From the NCBI GenBank assembly GCA_963771885.1, contig CAVYVF010000018.1, positions 1 to 10,462 of the forward strand: a DNA stretch of 10,462 bases, in the 5' to 3' direction. The stretch comes from Candidatus Bathyarchaeota archaeon (GTDB lineage: Archaea; Thermoproteota; Bathyarchaeia; TCS64). The notes below the pieces were generated by a model. It ran no database searches, was not told where the DNA came from, and was given only the letters and a program-made list of their open reading frames with translations. The stretch's first letter is position 1; each line of letters opens with the position of its first letter. Made by a program: the position numbers and the translations under genes. Positions 9,318-10,462 of the stretch are shown here, piece after piece.

Positions 9318-10385
9318 TCATCTGAAATCAGAATGTATCTCCCTTTGCCCAATAATCGGTAGATGGTAACCGCAATTGACGCAATTCATCTCTTTATCGA
9401 GATGCCACTCCCTAATCTCATATCCCTGACGTCGAACTACATGTTTCTTGCATTCGGGGCAAACAGTATCTTCGTAGGCTTCTCCGTGGACGTTCCCAAC
9501 GAAGACGTATCGAATTCCTTCTTCTAACGCTATCTTTCTGCTGCGAATCAATGTTTCTACAGGTGTAGGCGGCAAGTGGCTGAATTTGTAGTCCGGATGA
9601 AAGCGGCTCAAGTGAAGTGGTACATCAGGGCCCATATTCTCAACGATGTACTTCGCCATCCTACGTGTCTCCGGGTCATCGTAACTTACGGTATGATGAG
9701 GAAAGTTATCTCTACATGCACTCCTTTCCTCTGCATCTCAACAGTAGCGTCAATGACACTTTAGAAATCCCCGGAGCAATGTTTTCTATAAAACTCTTGA
9801 GTGAAACCTTTCCAGTCAACGTTCGCTGCATCTAATACATCCACAACTCTGTCTAAGGCTTTCAAGCTCACATATCCATTAGTTACTAGAACGTTTTTCA
9901 CGCCCTCTTTATGCGCAAGCCGAGCGCAATCCTCTAAGTAATCAAGGTTGATGATTGGCTCATTGTATGTGTACGCGATGCTTGTGCGTTCCTACGTATG
10001 GGCTGTGTCGACCATATGTTCTGGTGGCCAGTGCTGTAAAACTTCAGTTGGAAGCTTTGCAGTGCTAACATGCCCAGTTCTGGCACCATGGGCATGTAAA
10101 GCTGCAACCGACGCTACTTATACTGAACGCTCGGCTTCCTGGGTAGAAGTGCACAAGAGGTTTTTTCTCAATGGGATCTACCGCCATTGCGCTAATTATA
10201 CCGTATGTTAGGTTCACAATCTTTACAAACTGGTTCTCTTTTGTTCCACAGAAGCCCCGTTGCCCTGGTTTTAGCGTACACATCCTCGGGCATATTATAC
10301 ATCGAGCAGTCTCGGAATCGATCTGCTCCTGAAACCTAAAGAGCATCTTAATCATTTGATCCTTATCTAACGGATGGTTTAACAC
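9318..10385 (-). CDS. AmmeMemoRadiSam-type radical SAM enzyme, mirror copy
   Basis: Reverse complement of 115..1186, broken by errors near 10074, 9995, 9765 and 9680 that are absent from the left arm. Confidence 0.88.
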
Positions 10386-10462
10386 TTACTCCGAAAAGGA
10401 TTTTATGAATGAAATAAAAAAAAACTCTATGCATCAAAATGCACATGAAATAACAAGCTATT

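Larger units (their letters stand above)
5268..10462. repeat. Right arm of window-scale inverted repeat (complement-strand read of the same fragment)
   Basis: Mirror of 38..5214 with scattered substitutions, homopolymer indels and short burst mismatches. Confidence 0.99.

Noticed and set aside
38..10462. Real inverted gene duplication or diverging paralogs
   Set aside because: Differences are frame-breaking indels and bursts rather than synonymous drift, and there is adapter at the junction.

Overview
The window is not 10.5 kb of unique DNA. It is one ~5.2 kb prokaryotic fragment (38..5214) followed by its own reverse complement (5268..10462). The ~53 nt at the fold (5215..5267) match the Oxford Nanopore ligation adapter in both orientations, so this is most likely a raw template+complement chimeric long read (or a contig built from one), not a biological palindrome. 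Where I compared the arms, frameshifts and stops occur in only one arm, so they are read errors. The two-arm consensus gives six apparently intact genes: an AmmeMemoRadiSam-type radical SAM enzyme and an MTH1675-like pyruvate-kinase-C-terminal-domain protein (+), a lemA plus TPM-domain pair (-), a VTT/DedA-type membrane protein (+), and a 5'-truncated PolX-PHP polymerase (-). The gene content looks archaeal (inference only). I see no convincing novel biological system; the dominant signal is technical.
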